A stretch of 64,000 nt of DNA from Octopus sinensis (taxonomy: Eukaryota): contig NC_042998.1 in the NCBI RefSeq assembly GCF_006345805.1, positions 125,426,001 to 125,490,000 of the forward strand, in the 5' to 3' direction. This document shows positions 63,984 to 64,000 of this stretch, one piece after another. Below the pieces are notes generated by a model that searched no databases, was not told the origin of the DNA, and was given only the letters and a program-made list of their open reading frames with translations. How positions within the stretch are numbered: position 1 is the first letter of the stretch; every line of letters starts with the position of its first letter. A program made the translations under genes and the position numbers.

Positions 63984-64000
63984 CTGGCAAGGAAGCCAGG
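63984..64000 (-). CDS. Possible 3' end of the preceding DOCK-like exon, truncated by the window edge (...LASLP)
   Basis: CAG|gtgctt donor in phase 1, matching the 62645 acceptor; only 17 nt visible. Confidence 0.3.

Overview
AT-rich, repeat-dense animal genomic DNA. The SINE families and microsatellites resemble those of Octopus (inference, not verified). Three genes are supported, all on the minus strand. (1) A complete DCLRE1A/SNM1A gene: 9 coding exons, 26918 down to 5678, 2757 nt, 918 aa, GT-AG and phase-consistent, with a probable non-coding first exon near 29.2 kb. (2) An intact 602-aa BED-finger/hAT transposase ORF (41993 down to 40185) whose catalytic Glu is replaced by Lys, a candidate domesticated gene. 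(3) The last two coding exons of a DOCK1/myoblast-city-like Rac GEF (62645-62491 and 59813-59745); the rest of this gene lies beyond the window. The remainder is SINEs, decayed LINEs (CR1-like, RTE, R4/Dong), LTR remnants, a full-length frameshifted mariner, and many MITE/foldback elements. These include Merlin-like GGTAC-ended MITEs and MITEs carrying TTAGGG arrays. No CRISPR, rRNA or true tRNA genes were seen. I found no clearly novel multi-gene system; the best leads are the hAT-derived gene, regulatory features at the DCLRE1A 5' end, and an unidentified candidate exon at 46.5 kb.
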